A stretch of 27,449 nt of DNA from positions 1 through 27,449 of IMG/VR virus record IMGVR_UViG_3300020044_004996; one strand, written 5' to 3'. Positions 25,101 to 27,449 of this stretch are shown here, piece after piece. Numbering within the stretch: the first letter of the stretch is position 1; the number at the start of each line of letters is the position of its first letter. The position numbers were made by a program, and so were the translations under genes. The notes beneath the pieces are model-generated. The model saw only the letters and a list, made by a program, of their open reading frames with translations, was not told the origin of the DNA and did no database searches. The DNA is from a virus. Taxonomy: Duplodnaviria > Caudoviricetes.

Positions 25101-25312
25101 TCAATTTCTATTAATTCGTCTTTCGGTACAATAGCAAAATTAGTAGTGTCATTAATTGGCTTTGTAGCCACGTTTTTACTTTTACCATAACAATCATATA
25201 AGCGGTGTTTTAAATCTTGAACGTCTGAATGCGTATACCATAACCACATCGCAAGAACTCCCGTAGCACCTTGCTTTTTTATAATTTCAAAAACTTTATT
25301 TAAATCAATCAT
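25097..25312 (-). CDS. Putative holin-like membrane protein
   Basis: Single hydrophobic segment (GATGVLAMWLWY); ATGA-coupled to the endolysin. Confidence 0.45.
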   Translation of the reverse strand: MIDLNKVFEIIKKQGATGVLAMWLWYTHSDVQDLKHRLYDCYGKSKNVATKPINDTTNFAIVPKDELIEIE

Positions 25313-25313
25313 T

Positions 25314-25577
25314 TTATTTTGGTTCTGTTAATTCTACAATTCGTGCTAACCAACTTTCGTTTAATGGTTTAATACCTTGATTGTTTGATAGTATAATCGC
25401 AATGGATTGATAAAGATTGCCGTTTGTATTTTGCGCACGTAATTTAATTGCGATGTCTAATAAAATATTATCGTTTGTTTGAATTACTCTATATCTTTCT
25501 GCTATTGCGTTAATCCAAGAACCATTTACAGGTTGTGTTGCTCCTACATTATTCGCCCAATCTTGTATTAAATTCAT
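25314..25577 (-). CDS. Hypothetical protein with short helical repeats
   Basis: Units PVNGSWINAIA / TNDNILLDIA / TNGNLYQSIA / PLNESWLARIV. Confidence 0.6.
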   Translation of the reverse strand: MNLIQDWANNVGATQPVNGSWINAIAERYRVIQTNDNILLDIAIKLRAQNTNGNLYQSIAIILSNNQGIKPLNESWLARIVELTEPK

Positions 25578-26128
25578 AAGATTAAAATTTGGTTATTATA
25601 TCCGTTTCCGTTTTCATAATGGCAAGTTCCGTGACAGCATCCCGAACATCCGTGGCAGTCTATCATTGGTCTTAAATCCGTATCCCTGTTTTCTTCAGAT
25701 ATAAATTCGGGAAAAAGATTTTTGTTTTTAATTAACCATCTAATTAATCGTTGTTCGAAGAATGAAGCCTTTTGTGCGTAGTGTTCCATCCCGAATGCTA
25801 CTTCACGCTGACTTACTGAACTTGAAAAATCCCCATTTTGTGTTTGAAGACCTTTGTTTTTAAGTTGGTATGTTAAACCGAATACAGCATCTTCAGCACT
25901 TCGCCAGGCTACAATCGGTTGAATGAATTTGATTAACGTTTCTTCGTCATTTGTAGCCGTTTGTTGGTTATAAACATCAAGCATATAATTAAAGAAGTAA
26001 GTCCCTAAAATTGGCATCACTCGTAATTGTGCTTGTGTCGCTATGTATGGAGTAACGTCCGTAACGTCCACATTTGCCGTTATAGGTGTGTTCGTCTTTA
26101 GGTAGTTTTCAGTTATAAAATAAAGCAT
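25574..26128 (-). CDS. Head-tail adaptor/connector (DUF6712-like)
   Basis: FITENYLK...NVD...AQLRVMPILGT and NKNLFPEF motifs; directly downstream of the portal gene. Confidence 0.65.
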   Translation of the reverse strand: MLYFITENYLKTNTPITANVDVTDVTPYIATQAQLRVMPILGTYFFNYMLDVYNQQTATNDEETLIKFIQPIVAWRSAEDAVFGLTYQLKNKGLQTQNGDFSSSVSQREVAFGMEHYAQKASFFEQRLIRWLIKNKNLFPEFISEENRDTDLRPMIDCHGCSGCCHGTCHYENGNGYNNQILIL

Positions 26129-27423
26129 TATACTACAGGAGTTTCGGGTTTAACAATAGGTTTTAAAGACGCTAAAGAACGAATTTCATCGGGTGTCATA
26201 TTTTCTAAAACCTTATTCAATAATTCGGGGTTTAATGAACTTAAACGCGTAGCTAATGCAGATGCTTCTTCGTCAACTTCGACAATCGTTTCGTTAATGA
26301 TTTGAAAGTTATTAATAACTAACTCACCTTTTACTTTAGCGATATGTAGTAATTCATTAAAGATATCCTGTACGATTTCACGTAATGGTTTTACTACGTT
26401 CTTTTCAAATATTACATAAGCTTGTTTGATATCCGCACCCCCACCAAGCGAACCCGTAGTGCGAACACCCATTAATATAGGATCAATCGTATGTGAAAAA
26501 CATATTTGTTCCGTGTTTAGTGCTGAAGCTTCTTGGAATAACTTATCGTTTGAGTTAGTAGGTAAACTTTCAATCTTTGGCATTTGTTCAGCTGAATTAG
26601 CAAAGAATGCAACTGCTTTTCCTGCGTTTTCCGCTCCTTTTAACTTGTCGATAGTTCGTCTTAATACATTCTTTTCTTCTTCGCTTTGTGGACGCTTAGG
26701 GAACATCATAGCAAATGAAGGGAAAACAGCGTTCTGAATGTTTGATTTTGCTAAGTACGACAACTCGCCACTCAAAAACGCAAAATTAAGTGCCGAGCTG
26801 TACTGCGGCAATGGGTAGTAATCTTGACCAATGCAAGGCAATTCATATATATAAAGCTGTTCATACTCATTACTAAGCGGGTGATATGGTGTGATTTCAA
26901 ATACATCTATTCTCGATGCCCAATCTTCGCATATAAAGTAGGTTTTCCCGTCTTTAGAACGTCTTAATTTCTCGGGTGATAGGTTTTCTACTTTTGTAAG
27001 TTTTCCACGTTCTGAAAAGCACAATTTAAAGTAAACTCTATTATGAATTACTAACTGCTTCGTAACGATGTGCGAATTCTTTTTTAGTTTTATCTTTTTC
27101 TCGAATGCGTAGAGCTCTAATTTTTCTTCGTTAGTTAGCTTTTCCGTTTGAATCGTAAATCCACCACCGATAACCGCATTCACTTTATAGTCAACTATCG
27201 CTCCGTGTAACGGGGACGAGTAGTACATTTGGTTTAATGTTTCGGGGTAAAGATTATCTTGACCAAATGGAATGTACCCCGCAACTTGATAGCGTCCATT
27301 TACATAAGGTAATGCGAGATTTGCACCACCAATCTTATAAAAAGGTGTGCTAAAACTTTGATAGCCTTCCACGACTTCAATATTTTGTTTTTCACTTTGT
27401 CTAAATATATCGTACCAAGCCAT
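26128..27423 (-). CDS. Portal protein
   Basis: 431 aa; FGQDNLYP, SSPLHGAIV, YYPLPQY, GAENAGK and ICFSHTIDPILMG motifs. Confidence 0.85.
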   Translation of the reverse strand: MAWYDIFRQSEKQNIEVVEGYQSFSTPFYKIGGANLALPYVNGRYQVAGYIPFGQDNLYPETLNQMYYSSPLHGAIVDYKVNAVIGGGFTIQTEKLTNEEKLELYAFEKKIKLKKNSHIVTKQLVIHNRVYFKLCFSERGKLTKVENLSPEKLRRSKDGKTYFICEDWASRIDVFEITPYHPLSNEYEQLYIYELPCIGQDYYPLPQYSSALNFAFLSGELSYLAKSNIQNAVFPSFAMMFPKRPQSEEEKNVLRRTIDKLKGAENAGKAVAFFANSAEQMPKIESLPTNSNDKLFQEASALNTEQICFSHTIDPILMGVRTTGSLGGGADIKQAYVIFEKNVVKPLREIVQDIFNELLHIAKVKGELVINNFQIINETIVEVDEEASALATRLSSLNPELLNKVLENMTPDEIRSLASLKPIVKPETPVV

Positions 27424-27449
27424 AATTTAATCGTATATTGAATTTACAA

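Noticed and set aside
5327-26737. Other plus-strand ORFs (5327, 10482, 10861, 12284, 19620, 20128, 23941, 24342, 24532, 24803, 26426)
   Set aside because: All overlap well-supported minus-strand genes and show no recognisable motifs.
1-27449. Lysogeny module, tRNA/rRNA genes, CRISPR array, alternative genetic code
   Set aside because: No integrase, cloverleaf or repeat-spacer pattern was seen, and long ORFs tile the window under the standard code. Lifestyle cannot be determined from this window.

Overview
The window is an AT-rich segment (roughly one-third GC by eye) of a tailed dsDNA phage genome. The host is most likely a Bacteroidota/Flavobacteriia-type bacterium, judged from repeated TAnnTTTG promoter boxes and AT-rich leaders without Shine-Dalgarno sequences. 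Nearly all genes are on the minus strand. Right to left they are: portal, head-tail adaptor, putative holin and TIGR02594-type endolysin; small early genes; an IbrA/IbrB-like (PAPS-reductase + ParB) module; replication initiator and DnaB-like helicase; HNH and NinG; ERF + YqaJ-like recombination genes; a sigma-like factor; terminase small and large subunits; tail fibre, DUF1566 protein, tail structural proteins, tape measure and tail completion genes. A partial plus-strand gene converges at the left edge. No capsid, integrase, tRNA, CRISPR or reverse transcriptase is visible. Four non-coding signals stand out. (1) An integron-like array of three attC-like hairpins with two small gene cassettes at 15806-16494, whose core sites are permuted exactly as cassette insertion predicts, with no integrase in the window. 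(2) Two copies of a covarying kissing-loop/terminator 5' leader RNA flanking the IbrAB module. (3) A promoter-terminator unit that could make a ~60 nt RNA antisense to the shared leaders of early genes. (4) A strongly strand-biased 9-mer (AAACACGAA on the coding strand) present at least 20 times. All protein family calls are from motif recognition, not database searches.
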